A stretch of DNA of 60,929 nt, filler included. It is 4 parts of 4 records of this genome, joined end to end, with 100 filler letters (N's around TTAATTAATTAA, not from the genome) between each part and the next. Parts side by side here need not be neighbours in the genome. Positions count along the whole stretch, not along the records: positions 36,920 to 46,927 come from SRR31156797_1581; positions 47,028 to 60,929 come from SRR31156797_1597; 2 more parts are not named here. One strand, written 5' to 3'. Positions 39,440 to 49,338 of the stretch are shown in pieces (positions within the stretch are counted from its first letter, which is position 1; each line of letters starts with the position of its first letter). Both the position numbers and the translations under genes were made by a program. The notes below the pieces were generated by a model. It was not told the DNA's origin, made no database searches, and worked only from the letters and a program-made list of their open reading frames with translations.

Positions 39440-40344
39440 GACACCGTCTCCCCGACGCGCAATTGTTCGAGCCGGCGGATCCCGCCGATGCTTTCGAGAT
39501 ATTCTTCGTGGGAAGCAGGTTCCCGAACATATCGGTCGAGATACGCACCGAAGGCTTTTTCGTCGCGTGCCGCCTCCAGATACATCTCCAGATGCGCCAC
39601 ATCCTCGTCGTAAAATCCGTCACAAGCGCAGGGATGGGCGCCATAGGGCGCCTCGACGATAGCGTCCACCCAGACATGAGGAATCAGGGTCAACGTCGGG
39701 TTGGCCATAATTTCTTCGTGGGGAACGATCCTTTCCACCGAGGCGATCACCTTTTGGCCAGCCTTCGCCATCATTTGATCAATGTCGTCGCTATCGCGCG
39801 TTACCGGAATTTGGATGTTCCCGTATTTGTCGCCTACATATCCGTGGACGAGAGCAAAATCGGCCCGTGCCGCCGGCACGGCATGGTAACGCTCGCCGGT
39901 GAACGGGCAGGCTATTTCGCGCACCTGATCGGGATTGAGGCGGGCCATATCGGTTCCCAACATGGTTTTGAGCGGAAGAAAGCTCGTTCCCGCACCGGCG
40001 GCCCTCAATCGCACCACCATGCCCGATTCCGGATAGTCGCGAACCTCGATGCGGCCTTGTTCCGCGGCACGGCGGAAATTCGGCGCCATCCCGTGGCCGA
40101 AGAAGCCAAAATAGATTCCTTCCACCCGCTTGAGCGCCCCCGCCGCCGCAAGCATGTCGACCGGTGTGCTGGAGGCGAATGTGTACAAGGTCAGATCATC
40201 AATTCCCTGACGAATGATTTCACGGATGAAAGCGTTAGGTTGACGCCGTAATAGATTTCCGCCCATGGCGATCGTGCTCCCCGAGGGGATTCGGCGTACG
40301 GCATCGACAAGGGAAGTCAGTTTCTCCCGCATCTCGGTTTCCAT
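39436..40344 (-). CDS. family I CoA-transferase-like alpha subunit (GctA-like)
   Basis: MAPNFRRA, FLP...LGTD, CPFTG, D.YGN and EAPYGAHP. Confidence 0.88.
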   Translation of the reverse strand: METEMREKLTSLVDAVRRIPSGSTIAMGGNLLRRQPNAFIREIIRQGIDDLTLYTFASSTPVDMLAAAGALKRVEGIYFGFFGHGMAPNFRRAAEQGRIEVRDYPESGMVVRLRAAGAGTSFLPLKTMLGTDMARLNPDQVREIACPFTGERYHAVPAARADFALVHGYVGDKYGNIQIPVTRDSDDIDQMMAKAGQKVIASVERIVPHEEIMANPTLTLIPHVWVDAIVEAPYGAHPCACDGFYDEDVAHLEMYLEAARDEKAFGAYLDRYVREPASHEEYLESIGGIRRLEQLRVGETVS

Positions 40345-40382
40345 TTCCTTCTTGTTTCAATTTATCGGATGGCCAATGAAAT

Positions 40383-41285
40383 CTAGGCAATTAGGCCCGT
40401 TCCCCATCCGGCGGCTGTCATTTGGCCCCGTGCGTTTTCGAACCAAACCTCCACTTCCACTTCCCGCGCCCCATCATTCTCGCGTATGTCGATGACCACC
40501 CCCTTGCACGTAAGAACATCCTTCGCGAATACGGGATTGACGAACGACACCTTGTACCAGCCGTTGGAGAGCCAGTTTTTTCCGAACACGCGGGTCAGAT
40601 ACTCCGACGTCCAGCAGGCTTCCATCATCCCCTGGGCGATGGTGTCCGGGAAACCCGCGTCCTGGGCGATCAGGAGATTCGTATGGATGTTCTGCCGATG
40701 CCATTCGGCACCGGAAAATACGGAAATCTGATCCTGGTTGGCGACCTTGACCATCGGAGCGATCGGCGTCCCCACCGATATGTCTGATTGGACCGTATCG
40801 ACGGGTTGGCGATCCCGAGGCCAAATACCGGCGACCCGGCGTTCAGGTACCGCCGAAGCTGTTCCCAATTCAACACCGTCGGGTATGCGCATGACTTCAA
40901 TGCTTTGCTGGCTCATCACCAAGTCGCCAGCTTCGTCGCGGGCTTCGGCGTTGAGAACGACATATCCCTTGCCGCGCTTGTGGTATTTATCCACGTACTC
41001 GCCGGTCAGCGTCAGACGACTTCCCGGCATCACCGGCTTAAAGCACCTGGCCTCCTCTTTTTGATGAAGTCCGACGATCCTGTTGCAATCGTACTTGCTG
41101 ATGAACACCAACATCAGTTCCTTGACAATGGCACCGGCCGGGACCGGCGTGTCATCGGTCAGGAATCCGTAGTCATCGATGGAAAAGGCGTAGGATTTCA
41201 GAAAATGGTCGTCTAATTCCAGATCGATCGGGCCAAATCGTTCGCCTGTCTCGACCTCCTCGAATACCGGCTCCTTCAATCCCAT
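40383..41285 (-). CDS. double hot-dog MaoC-family dehydratase
   Basis: Two hot-dog repeats, with NIH.....A..AGF...IAQG and F..PV...D. Start ATG 41285 has a GGAGG RBS. Confidence 0.82.
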   Translation of the reverse strand: MGLKEPVFEEVETGERFGPIDLELDDHFLKSYAFSIDDYGFLTDDTPVPAGAIVKELMLVFISKYDCNRIVGLHQKEEARCFKPVMPGSRLTLTGEYVDKYHKRGKGYVVLNAEARDEAGDLVMSQQSIEVMRIPDGVELGTASAVPERRVAGIWPRDRQPVDTVQSDISVGTPIAPMVKVANQDQISVFSGAEWHRQNIHTNLLIAQDAGFPDTIAQGMMEACWTSEYLTRVFGKNWLSNGWYKVSFVNPVFAKDVLTCKGVVIDIRENDGAREVEVEVWFENARGQMTAAGWGTGLIA

Positions 41286-41287
41286 CG

Positions 41288-42589
41288 TCAACCTCCGAAT
41301 AAAAGACGCGGCAGGAATAGAACCACTTCCGGAAAAATCGCCGACAGGAAACACACAAACAGCAATGCTGCTATGAAAGGCCATAGAACCTTGAAGGACT
41401 CCGACAGACGAATTCCGGCGATGCCGCAATTCAAGATTAGAAGCACGCCCACCGGCGGCGTAACGGACCCAATCAGGGTGGTCATGACAACCACCACACC
41501 AAAATGAATCGGATCGAAACCAAGCCGGACACCGAGAACCGCCAGCGAAGCTCCGAACATGATCAGGATGGGCGTTACATCGATAAAAAACCCAAGCATG
41601 AACAGAAACGCCATGATGATGAACAACTGAACCATGTGGTCCGTGGCCAGCATGCTTAGGAATTGCAGCATTTCCGTCTGGAAGTGGGCGCGCGTCAGGA
41701 TATTGGCGAAAATCGCCGACACCCCGAGAATGAGCATAACAACGGTTGTGGTCACCGCGGCGTCGACGAACGCCTCCTCGATCAGACGCCAGTCCAGAGA
41801 GTGATAGACCAGACCGCCGATCAGAAACACGCTGGCCGCTGCCACCACACCTGCTTCGGTCGGCGTGAAGACACCGCCAACGATGCCTCCGACGATAATC
41901 ACCGGGATTACCAGCGCTAGGCCGGAATGGCGAAAGGCTTCTCCCAACTCCTGCAGGTAGGTCTTGCCGCTATCCTCGGTTTTGAAACGGTACCCACGCC
42001 GTACCGCCACCATGTGGGCAACCGCCATCAATGCAAAACCGATCAAGAGACCCGGGATGGCCCCACCAAGGAACAATCGGCCGATGGACTGCTCCGCTTG
42101 GAACCCATAGATGATCATGACGATGCTGGGCGGGATAAGAGCGCCGATGGTCGATGACGTGGCGGTCACCGCAACGCAATAGTCCTTGTCAAATCCCGCT
42201 TTGGCCATCCCCGGTATCAAAAGGGATCCCATAGCCGAGCTGTCTGCAACGACCGACCCCGATATCCCCGCGAAAATCATACTGGCGACGATGTTCACGT
42301 GGGCCAATCCAGCCCTTACCCGGTGACCGACAACCGCGTTCGCCAGCTTGATGATCCGTTCGGTGATGCCGCATGCATTGGCCAGGGTACCGGTAAGGAC
42401 GAAGAACGGGATCGCCATCAAGGGAAAGGAATCCATCCCGGCGAATATCTTCGAGACAACGATACTGATCGGCAAACGTCCCTCGAAAAGAATAACGCCC
42501 AGCGATGACACGCCAATCGCGAAAGCGATCGGAATGCCGGTAAACAGCAGGATGAAAAACAGAACGAACAGAAAGATGGTAATGGCCAG
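41288..42589 (-). CDS. dctM: TRAP transporter large permease
   Basis: DSFPLMAIPFF, FAGISGS.VAD, IPPSI, FTPTEA, DPIHFG and TPPVG. Start uncertain (CTG 42589 or ATG 42658). Confidence 0.92.
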   Translation of the reverse strand: MAITIFLFVLFFILLFTGIPIAFAIGVSSLGVILFEGRLPISIVVSKIFAGMDSFPLMAIPFFVLTGTLANACGITERIIKLANAVVGHRVRAGLAHVNIVASMIFAGISGSVVADSSAMGSLLIPGMAKAGFDKDYCVAVTATSSTIGALIPPSIVMIIYGFQAEQSIGRLFLGGAIPGLLIGFALMAVAHMVAVRRGYRFKTEDSGKTYLQELGEAFRHSGLALVIPVIIVGGIVGGVFTPTEAGVVAAASVFLIGGLVYHSLDWRLIEEAFVDAAVTTTVVMLILGVSAIFANILTRAHFQTEMLQFLSMLATDHMVQLFIIMAFLFMLGFFIDVTPILIMFGASLAVLGVRLGFDPIHFGVVVVMTTLIGSVTPPVGVLLILNCGIAGIRLSESFKVLWPFIAALLFVCFLSAIFPEVVLFLPRLLFGG

Positions 42590-42632
42590 AAACTCCTCTA
42601 GGTTGTTCGGGAAACTCCGAGAGAGTCCGCAA

Positions 42633-43127
42633 TCAATGGGCGGTCCGGGCGCGGACATGCGCCCATAAATCCCGGCCTGTCTCGTACGCCATGAACAAAC
42701 CACCGACGGGGATTGCCGCGAAGGGCAACGACATGGGCATTTCCAACGCGGGCGACATCTGTTCAATATTATTGACGGTCATAACGACGCCGTAAAAGAT
42801 CAATATCCACTCAAAGGCGAACACCAGTAATTGTCCGACAAGTGTGACGACCCATCGCACCTCGTACGGCAAAATGCCGACGAATATGTCGACTCCCAAA
42901 TGGACCCCTCTTCTGAGTCCGATCGCCGCCGCGACGAACACCATCCAGATGCTTGTGTACCGCGTGACCTCTTCCGCCCACGTCAAGCCCGGAAGAAACG
43001 GCGCATATCTGAAAACCGTCGCCACAAAAGTCGTGAGAAACATCACAAAAAGGAAGACAAAGACGAGCCGCCTCAGAAAATACACATAGAGGTCGTCCAT
43101 TTTTCTGAAGGCGGCTCGCAATTCCAT
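42633..43127 (-). CDS. dctQ: TRAP transporter small permease
   Basis: Four TM segments, WAEEVTRY..IW.VF, H.GVD and SPAL. Confidence 0.9.
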   Translation of the reverse strand: MELRAAFRKMDDLYVYFLRRLVFVFLFVMFLTTFVATVFRYAPFLPGLTWAEEVTRYTSIWMVFVAAAIGLRRGVHLGVDIFVGILPYEVRWVVTLVGQLLVFAFEWILIFYGVVMTVNNIEQMSPALEMPMSLPFAAIPVGGLFMAYETGRDLWAHVRARTAH

Positions 43128-43176
43128 GTTTCAAATCCTTGTTACCGGATCGATTAGCAGGGAGGTTTTTTTAGAA

Positions 43177-44184
43177 TTACTTTCCCGAAAGCTTCATGGC
43201 TTCCTTGTAAACCGCGTATGCATCTTCGCCACGGCTCTTTGCATGCTGATCGTTGAAGCCCAAAGAAGCCTTTTGAAACTTCTCGATATCCGGCACTTCA
43301 ATGATCTCAACGCCTTCCTTTTTCAAAGCATCGAGGCTGAGTTGAACCTGGCGCTTGTTTTCCTGGGCTTGCAGGGGCCCCATTTCGGCACCGGCCTCCA
43401 TCAAAGCCTGTTGGATATCGGCCGGCAATCCATCGAAGAACTTCTTGTTGATCACCACGTACTGCACGTGGAAGATATGCCGGGTTAACGTGAAGTATTT
43501 CGCAACTTCATAGAACCGTTGCTTGTGCACGGTATCGGCCCCACCCTCCATCGCTTCGACAATGCCGGTTTGCAGGGAGGTATAGACCTCCGTGAAGGCC
43601 ACCGGAGTTGGTGCCGCCCCCATGGCTTTGGCCATACCCACATAGAGTGGCGATTCCGGAACGCGGAGTTTCAGGTTCTTAAAATCTTCGAATTTGCGAA
43701 GCGACTTGACCGAAACCGTGCTGCGCGGTCCCATGTACTGAAAACCAATGCTGTGAAAACCCTTGTCGTTCAGCATCTTCTGCATCTTCGGCAACAACGC
43801 CGACGCGATGCGGTTGAGTTCGTCCATGTTCTTGTACAGATACGGCAGTTCGAGAACATCGAGTCCCGGGACATAGAGGCCAATTCCGGATAGCCCGCTA
43901 GAGGTCATTTCAATTGAACCGTTTTTCACCATTTCGGCGTTTTCACGCTCGGTCCCCAATTCGGCGTTTAGAAACAGATCGATTTCCACCCGACCGTTCG
44001 TCTTCTCCTTCACCAGTCTGGCCAATGTTTTCATGCCAAACCCGATCGAATGATTTTCGTTGAAAATCGAGGCCGCTCGAATGTTGAATTCCGCAGCGAA
44101 TGCGCTACCGGAAACGCTCAGCGCCAAAACGCACGCAGTCAATCCTGCCAACGTCCGTCCTTTAAAACGTGCCATAGCTCCCAT
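43177..44184 (-). CDS. dctP: TRAP transporter substrate-binding protein
   Basis: Signal peptide, LKLRVP (carboxylate-binding Arg) and FTEVYTSLQTG. Confidence 0.92.
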   Translation of the reverse strand: MGAMARFKGRTLAGLTACVLALSVSGSAFAAEFNIRAASIFNENHSIGFGMKTLARLVKEKTNGRVEIDLFLNAELGTERENAEMVKNGSIEMTSSGLSGIGLYVPGLDVLELPYLYKNMDELNRIASALLPKMQKMLNDKGFHSIGFQYMGPRSTVSVKSLRKFEDFKNLKLRVPESPLYVGMAKAMGAAPTPVAFTEVYTSLQTGIVEAMEGGADTVHKQRFYEVAKYFTLTRHIFHVQYVVINKKFFDGLPADIQQALMEAGAEMGPLQAQENKRQVQLSLDALKKEGVEIIEVPDIEKFQKASLGFNDQHAKSRGEDAYAVYKEAMKLSGK

Positions 44185-44318
44185 TCTCCTTCACAATTTC
44201 TTGCCTCGGGCGCACGTTCACGCATTCCGGAAATCAGAACACTGTCAATAACAGGTTGATCAAAACGGTCGCCCTTGAATTGTCCCGATTGCGCCTTCGA
44301 GACGCATTTTTGATTTTA

Positions 44319-44369
44319 TGGAAACGTTTTTCGAAAACGATTTTATAAACTTATTCAAAAGCCCGTCAA
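44319..44369 (-). promoter_or_regulatory. promoter with tandem LacI-type operators (dctP side)
   Basis: TGGAAACGTTTTTC and CGAAAACGATTTTA overlap the -10. TTGACG -35 at 44369-44364. Confidence 0.6.
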
Positions 44370-44466
44370 TACCCGTTTTCTTACCCCTCCCCTTTTTTCC
44401 AGACGCCGCGATCCGCCCCGAATGCTGAATTGCGCCCCAGCGCCTGAAGCGGTTGGGACGCGGACC

Positions 44467-44516
44467 TTGACGCAAAGCGGAGACAGATATAAAAACGTTT
44501 TCTGAAATCGTTTCCT
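44467..44516 (+). promoter_or_regulatory. promoter with tandem LacI-type operators (caiB side)
   Basis: TTGACG at 44467, then TAAAAACGTTTTCT and TGAAATCGTTTCCT. Mirror image of the 44319-44346 block. Confidence 0.6.
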
Positions 44517-44690
44517 GATTCGTCGCTTCATTCCCGTCGAATTCGCCCGGGCTCCGACAGCGGCGGCTCCCTTGCAATCGGAAGCGGTTTTTGCTCGATC
44601 GAAATCGCCGGAATCACTTGTTGTCTTCCACAGGGTTTCGGTGAGTCTGTTCGAAAAACATCCGTCCACAAGAAGGATCAGAAGGGCCCC

Positions 44691-45881
44691 ATGTTTGCTC
44701 CATTTGAAGATTTGAAAGTGCTGGACCTGTCGCGCTTTATCGCGGGACCGCATTGTGGAATGCTTCTCGGCGATTTGGGAGCCGACGTCATCAAGGTGGA
44801 GAAACCAGGATCCGGTGAAGAAGCGCGAAGTCTTCCACCATTGGTCGGCGGAGAAAGCCTTTACCTATTGGTATACAACCGCAACAAACGAAGTATCACG
44901 CTTAATTTTCGCGATCGACGCGCTCAGGAAATTCTGCGCGAACTGGTTCGACATGCCGACATACTGATCGAGAATTTCCGACCGGGCACCATGGAAAAGA
45001 TGGGGTGCGGTTGGGAGGAACTCTCCGCCATCAACCCGAAACTCGTCATGACTCGGATATCGGGTTTCGGTCAGGATGGCCCTCTGGCGCAGCGTCCGGG
45101 ATTCGACGGAATCGCTCAAGCACTAAGCGGGCTGATGTCAATCACCGGAGATCCGGACGGCCCGCCTACCCTGTGTGGCACTTTTTTCGTGGACTATGCG
45201 ACGGCTCTTTATTCGACGGTAGCTACTTTGGCGGCGTTGCATGCTCGCGAAAAAACGGGTCGGGGCCAGTTGATCGACATGGCGCTGCTCGACAGCGCCG
45301 TTTCCATGTTGATGACCGCAATTCCGCAGCAGCAAATGCTGGGCCAGACAATGACCCGTTGGGGAAACCGAGACCGCTACTCCTCTCCGGCCAATGCGTT
45401 CGAAGCCAAGGACGGTCGATGGGTTCTGCTGGTCGCCGGCAATGATGTTCATTTTCCAAGGGTCGTTAAGGCATCGGGGCTCGACCACATGCTGGAAGAT
45501 CCGCGGTTCAAGACTCATCAGGCACGCCTTCAAAATGCCGCGGCCGTCGAGGAATTCATCGGCGCCTGGATTAAACAGCACTCCGCCGATGAGGTTGTCG
45601 AGATGATGGGAGATACGGGAGCACCATGCGCAAAGATCGCCACCATCGACGAAATGGTGCAAAACCCGCAGCTGCTCCATCGTCAGCAAATAATCGATAT
45701 CGAACACCCAAAGGCCGGCAAAGTCACCACGCACGGGTTGACCATGAAGCTCTCGGAGACGCCCGCTGCGGTTCGCCGTCCAGCGCCATCATTGGGAGAA
45801 CACACCTTCGAAATACTGTCCGAGTGGCTCGGATACACAGAAAAACAGGTCACGGAATTGAAGAACGAAGGCGTACTTTGA
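44691..45881 (+). CDS. CaiB/BaiF family III CoA-transferase
   Basis: VLDLSRFIAGP...LGDLGADVIKVE, NRNKRS, ENFRPG, SGFGQDGP and catalytic Asp in FFVDY. Confidence 0.95.
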   Translation: MFAPFEDLKVLDLSRFIAGPHCGMLLGDLGADVIKVEKPGSGEEARSLPPLVGGESLYLLVYNRNKRSITLNFRDRRAQEILRELVRHADILIENFRPGTMEKMGCGWEELSAINPKLVMTRISGFGQDGPLAQRPGFDGIAQALSGLMSITGDPDGPPTLCGTFFVDYATALYSTVATLAALHAREKTGRGQLIDMALLDSAVSMLMTAIPQQQMLGQTMTRWGNRDRYSSPANAFEAKDGRWVLLVAGNDVHFPRVVKASGLDHMLEDPRFKTHQARLQNAAAVEEFIGAWIKQHSADEVVEMMGDTGAPCAKIATIDEMVQNPQLLHRQQIIDIEHPKAGKVTTHGLTMKLSETPAAVRRPAPSLGEHTFEILSEWLGYTEKQVTELKNEGVL

Positions 45882-45995
45882 ACCCGATTTCATTGTAGAG
45901 GCGTTCGATTGCCGGTGGCACACGCGGGAAGGGCGTTTTCCGCGTCTACAACCTGATGTTCTAGAGACCAAGATTAACTGGATCGGATATCCGAA

Positions 45996-46927
45996 ATGAG
46001 CGGTTTCCACAGCCTTGTCGCCTGGATAGATCTTAGCCGGTCGAAGGTTGAACTGCGGCCACTTCGGCAAAGCGATACCGACGCATTCGTCGGCGGCGCC
46101 AATCTGGGGGCCTCCCTCCTGGCCCGATTGACCGGGCCGGCAACGGATCCGTTGAACCCGGACAATCCCCTGATATTTATGACCGGTCCCTTCACCGCCA
46201 CCTCGGTTCCATCAGGATCCAGGCACGCTGTTGTTACGCTGTCACCGCTGACTGGAATTTACGGTGAAGCAAATTGTGGCGGATCTTTCGGTTGGTCGCT
46301 CAAACGAACCGGCTTGGATGGCCTGGTTATCACCGGACGTGCCAATAGGCCGACCGTATTGGTCATCAGAGGGCCGGAGGAAATCTCCCTGGAGGACGGC
46401 TCGTTGTTGTGGGGGTGCGATTCCTTCGAAACCGACCAGAACCTAAAGCAAATTCACGGGAATGCCATCGTTACGGCGGTGATCGGCCAATCCGGTGAAA
46501 GACAAGTACCGATGGCCGGTATCGTGCATGGTGGAAGGCACACCCGTATGGCCGGACGCTGCGGGGTTGGTGCGGTAATGGGATCGAAGCAATTGAAAGC
46601 CATCGCTGTTTCGGCGGCCGGCGTCGCGGAAACGCCGGTAAACGATCCAAATGGACTGAAGGAATCGACAAAAAGAACGGTTCCGATAATACGTGAAAAA
46701 CTTACCAATTACTCCAACTTCGGAACCGCAGGCGGAGTTCCGTTATTCGAACGGATCGGCAACATGCCGATCCAGAATTGGCGGGTGGCACGGGATCCGC
46801 AACTGGCTGAAAAGATTTCCGGGCAACGCATCCGCGAGACCATCTTCCTCAAGCGCGCGGGTTGTCGTCGGTGCCCGATAATCTGCGGCGGTATCGCGCA
46901 GGTTGTCGAAGGGGACTATGCAATGGA
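45996..46927 (+). CDS. tungsten aldehyde:ferredoxin oxidoreductase family protein (partial)
   Basis: SPLTG...EANCGG, AGRCGVGAVMGSKQLKAI, FGT and C..CPI.C. Confidence 0.92.
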
Positions 46928-47027
46928 NNNNNNNNNNNNNNNNNNNNNNNNNNNNNNNNNNNNNNNNNNNNTTAATTAATTAANNNNNNNNNNNNNNNNN
47001 NNNNNNNNNNNNNNNNNNNNNNNNNNN
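46928..47027. other. artificial contig linker
   Basis: 44 N + TTAATTAATTAA + 44 N. Confidence 0.99.
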
Positions 47028-47640
47028 CGGCCATCCACCAGTGATCCTGATCCTCCATGAAGCTTCCGTCGGACCAGCGGATCACCACGGCGCAGAGTCT
47101 GTTCTCTCCGGGAACCAGATAATCGCTGATATCGAAGGCGGCGGGGCTGCGCGAGTCCTTGCTGAAGCCGGCCTCCTTCCCGTTGACATAGAGGAAGAAG
47201 GCGCTTTCCACCCCGTCGAAGTGGATCACCGTCCGCCGGTCTTCCCAGCCGGAAGGCAGGGTAAAGCGCCTGTGATAGATGCCGGTGGGATTCTCCTCGG
47301 GAAGCTCGGGAGGCCTGTGCCCGAAGGGCATCTGCACATTCGTATACCAGGGATGGTCGCCCCGGTCTTCCATGGTCCAGTTGGCGGGAACGGGGATCTT
47401 CCGGCTCTCCGCCGGGCAGGCGGCCACGTCGCCGGGCGACAGGGCCTCGGGTTTCTCTTTCAGAAGAAAATCCCACTCCCCGTTCAGGCTCATATACCAG
47501 GGGCTTTTCTCCCTGTCCCTTGTCAGGGCGCTTTCGACGTCGGGAAAGGGATAGAGGGTGGCCCGGGGGGGGAGGGTGTTGATACCGGTTATCTCCGGTC
47601 GTTTCCAGGGGCTGTGGGCTGCCATAGGGGAAAAGGGCAT
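47028..47640 (-). CDS. lacZ: GH2 beta-galactosidase, N-terminal part (partial)
   Basis: SLNGEWDF, VPANW, YTNV..PF, NPTG.Y.R.F, FDGVESAF, SKDSR and RWSDGS..EDQD.W. AAGGAG RBS before ATG 47640. Confidence 0.88.
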
Positions 47641-47785
47641 ATCGTACTCCTTTAAAGTCGGTCTTGAGGGAGGGATATCCTCAAAGACTTTGTCTTCTGG
47701 TATGTTCCGGGAGTCCTTCATTTCAGGACAATCTCCGTTTTTAATCATTCTGATCTTATCTAAACATGGATAAACGGTTGGAAAA

Positions 47786-48748
47786 ATGGTTTGCCTGGTA
47801 TATATAATATGTAAAATGGTAAATGAGAACTATCCGAAGAACCGGAATGGGGAAAAACGATTTGCCCTGTGTCCGAAATCGTCAGCCCGAGATCGGATTA
47901 TCTTTCGATCCCTGGCCGAGGGGGGCGGCGGCAGGCGGGTGGGCTGCGGCTTCATGCGCAAGGAGGGGGCGCGGGTGGACCAGCTGAACATTCGCCCTTC
48001 AAGCTACTCTCTGGTCTATGTGATCAGAGGCCGGGGCCTCTACAGGGACAAGGAGGGGCGCGAATGGCCTCTGGGACCGGGGTCTCTCTTTCAGCGCTAC
48101 CCGGGCCGTCTCCATTCGACCCTTTTAGAGCCGGACAGCGCCTGGAGTGAGTGCTTCATCGATCTGCCTCTCCCTCTCTACGAGGCGCTGATATCCATGC
48201 GGATCATCCGCCCCGGAGAGCCCCCCGGGCGTCTTTCGCCCGGAAGCGGCGCGGATGATGAGATCCGCAGGATCATGTGCCGTCTGGAGGAGGCGAAAGA
48301 GCGGGAAATCCCCCGCTGCGGCATGGAGATCCTGCAGCTGACGGCCTCCCTTCTGGAACGCTCTGAAGGGCGCGTCGATGATGAGGCCGATCCCCTATGG
48401 CATATGGTGGAGAGCAGCTGTCAGGATTTCAGCGTCGGCCTGCACAGACGCCTGGACCTCAAAGAGTACTGCAGGAGCTGGGGATGGGGCTATGAGTCCT
48501 TCCGGAAGATCTTCGCCGAAAAGGTGGGCATGCCCCCGGGGCAGTATATCATCCAAAGGAGGATGGACGAGGCCTGTCGCCTTTTGAGAAGCGGGCATCT
48601 GAGTATAAAGGAAACCTCCCGGCGACTGGGTTACAAAAGCCCTTACGAGTTTTCAGCCCAGTTCCGGCGTATGATCGGATGCTCTCCCACGGTCTACAGG
48701 GCGCCTTTTATTCCTGATTCAGTCTCATCCGATACGGGAGAGAGCTGA
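47786..48748 (+). CDS. AraC family transcriptional regulator
   Basis: Cupin-like N-terminus and C-terminal double HTH (FRKIF..KVG.PPGQY, LGYKSPYEFSAQF). Divergent from the GH2 gene; start uncertain. Confidence 0.9.
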   Translation: MVCLVYIICKMVNENYPKNRNGEKRFALCPKSSARDRIIFRSLAEGGGGRRVGCGFMRKEGARVDQLNIRPSSYSLVYVIRGRGLYRDKEGREWPLGPGSLFQRYPGRLHSTLLEPDSAWSECFIDLPLPLYEALISMRIIRPGEPPGRLSPGSGADDEIRRIMCRLEEAKEREIPRCGMEILQLTASLLERSEGRVDDEADPLWHMVESSCQDFSVGLHRRLDLKEYCRSWGWGYESFRKIFAEKVGMPPGQYIIQRRMDEACRLLRSGHLSIKETSRRLGYKSPYEFSAQFRRMIGCSPTVYRAPFIPDSVSSDTGES

Positions 48749-48779
48749 TTCTTTTTTTAGTATTAGTATTGACTAATAA

Positions 48780-48798
48780 AAGTATAGTTGCTAAACGT
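48780..48798. promoter_or_regulatory. putative MarR operator upstream of marR
   Basis: AAGTATAG-TTG-CTAAACGT, similar to the palindrome at 49285-49303. Confidence 0.55.
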
Positions 48799-48804
48799 TA
48801 CCCT

Positions 48805-49245
48805 ATGGATAAGCTGATAGATGAGCTGACGGATAATCTGGTGGCGGTCATACAGAAGGCCTCTGATTCTGAAAACAGAGCGATGGAGTTCTACCCCGGA
48901 GAGCTGCTCTCCAGATCGGAGATCCATATCATAGATCTGATCGGAAGGACCAGCCATGCTCATGTTTCCGAGATCGCCAGGCGCTTCGGAGTGACCAAAG
49001 GGGCTGCCTCCCAGCTGATAAAAAAGCTGGATCGAAAGGGTTTCGTCGAAAAGAGCAGGGATCCCGAAAATCATACCAGAACGCTGATCGCCCTCAGTGG
49101 GAAGGGCAGGGTCGCCTTTGACAATCATCGTGCCTATCATAGGGAGAGGGACGGCGATTTCTTCCTCTTCCTGGAGAAGCGGAGCGGGGAAGAGCTGGAT
49201 CTGTTCAACGACTTCCTCAAAGAGTTTCTGAAGATGTATCCCTGA
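48805..49245 (+). CDS. MarR family transcriptional regulator
   Basis: EIHIID.IG, VSEIARRFGVTKGAASQLIKKL.RKGFV and L..KG. Confidence 0.92.
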   Translation: MDKLIDELTDNLVAVIQKASDSENRAMEFYPGELLSRSEIHIIDLIGRTSHAHVSEIARRFGVTKGAASQLIKKLDRKGFVEKSRDPENHTRTLIALSGKGRVAFDNHRAYHRERDGDFFLFLEKRSGEELDLFNDFLKEFLKMYP

Positions 49246-49284
49246 CAGAGTGATTTCTCTTTTCAGGAGAAGAGCTGACCCCTG

Positions 49285-49318
49285 ACGTTTAGTGTCTAAA
49301 CGTTTAGTAAGTATACGT
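49285..49318. promoter_or_regulatory. tandem putative MarR operators upstream of the ABC genes
   Basis: Perfect ACGTTTAG-TGT-CTAAACGT (49285-49303) overlapping ACGTTTAG-TAA-GTATACGT (49300-49318). Confidence 0.65.
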
Positions 49319-49338
49319 AATGCCATAGGAGGTATTCA

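Noticed and set aside
38645-40251. 322-aa and 262-aa plus-strand ORFs
   Set aside because: Antisense to the CoA-transferase-like subunits, with no recognisable domains.
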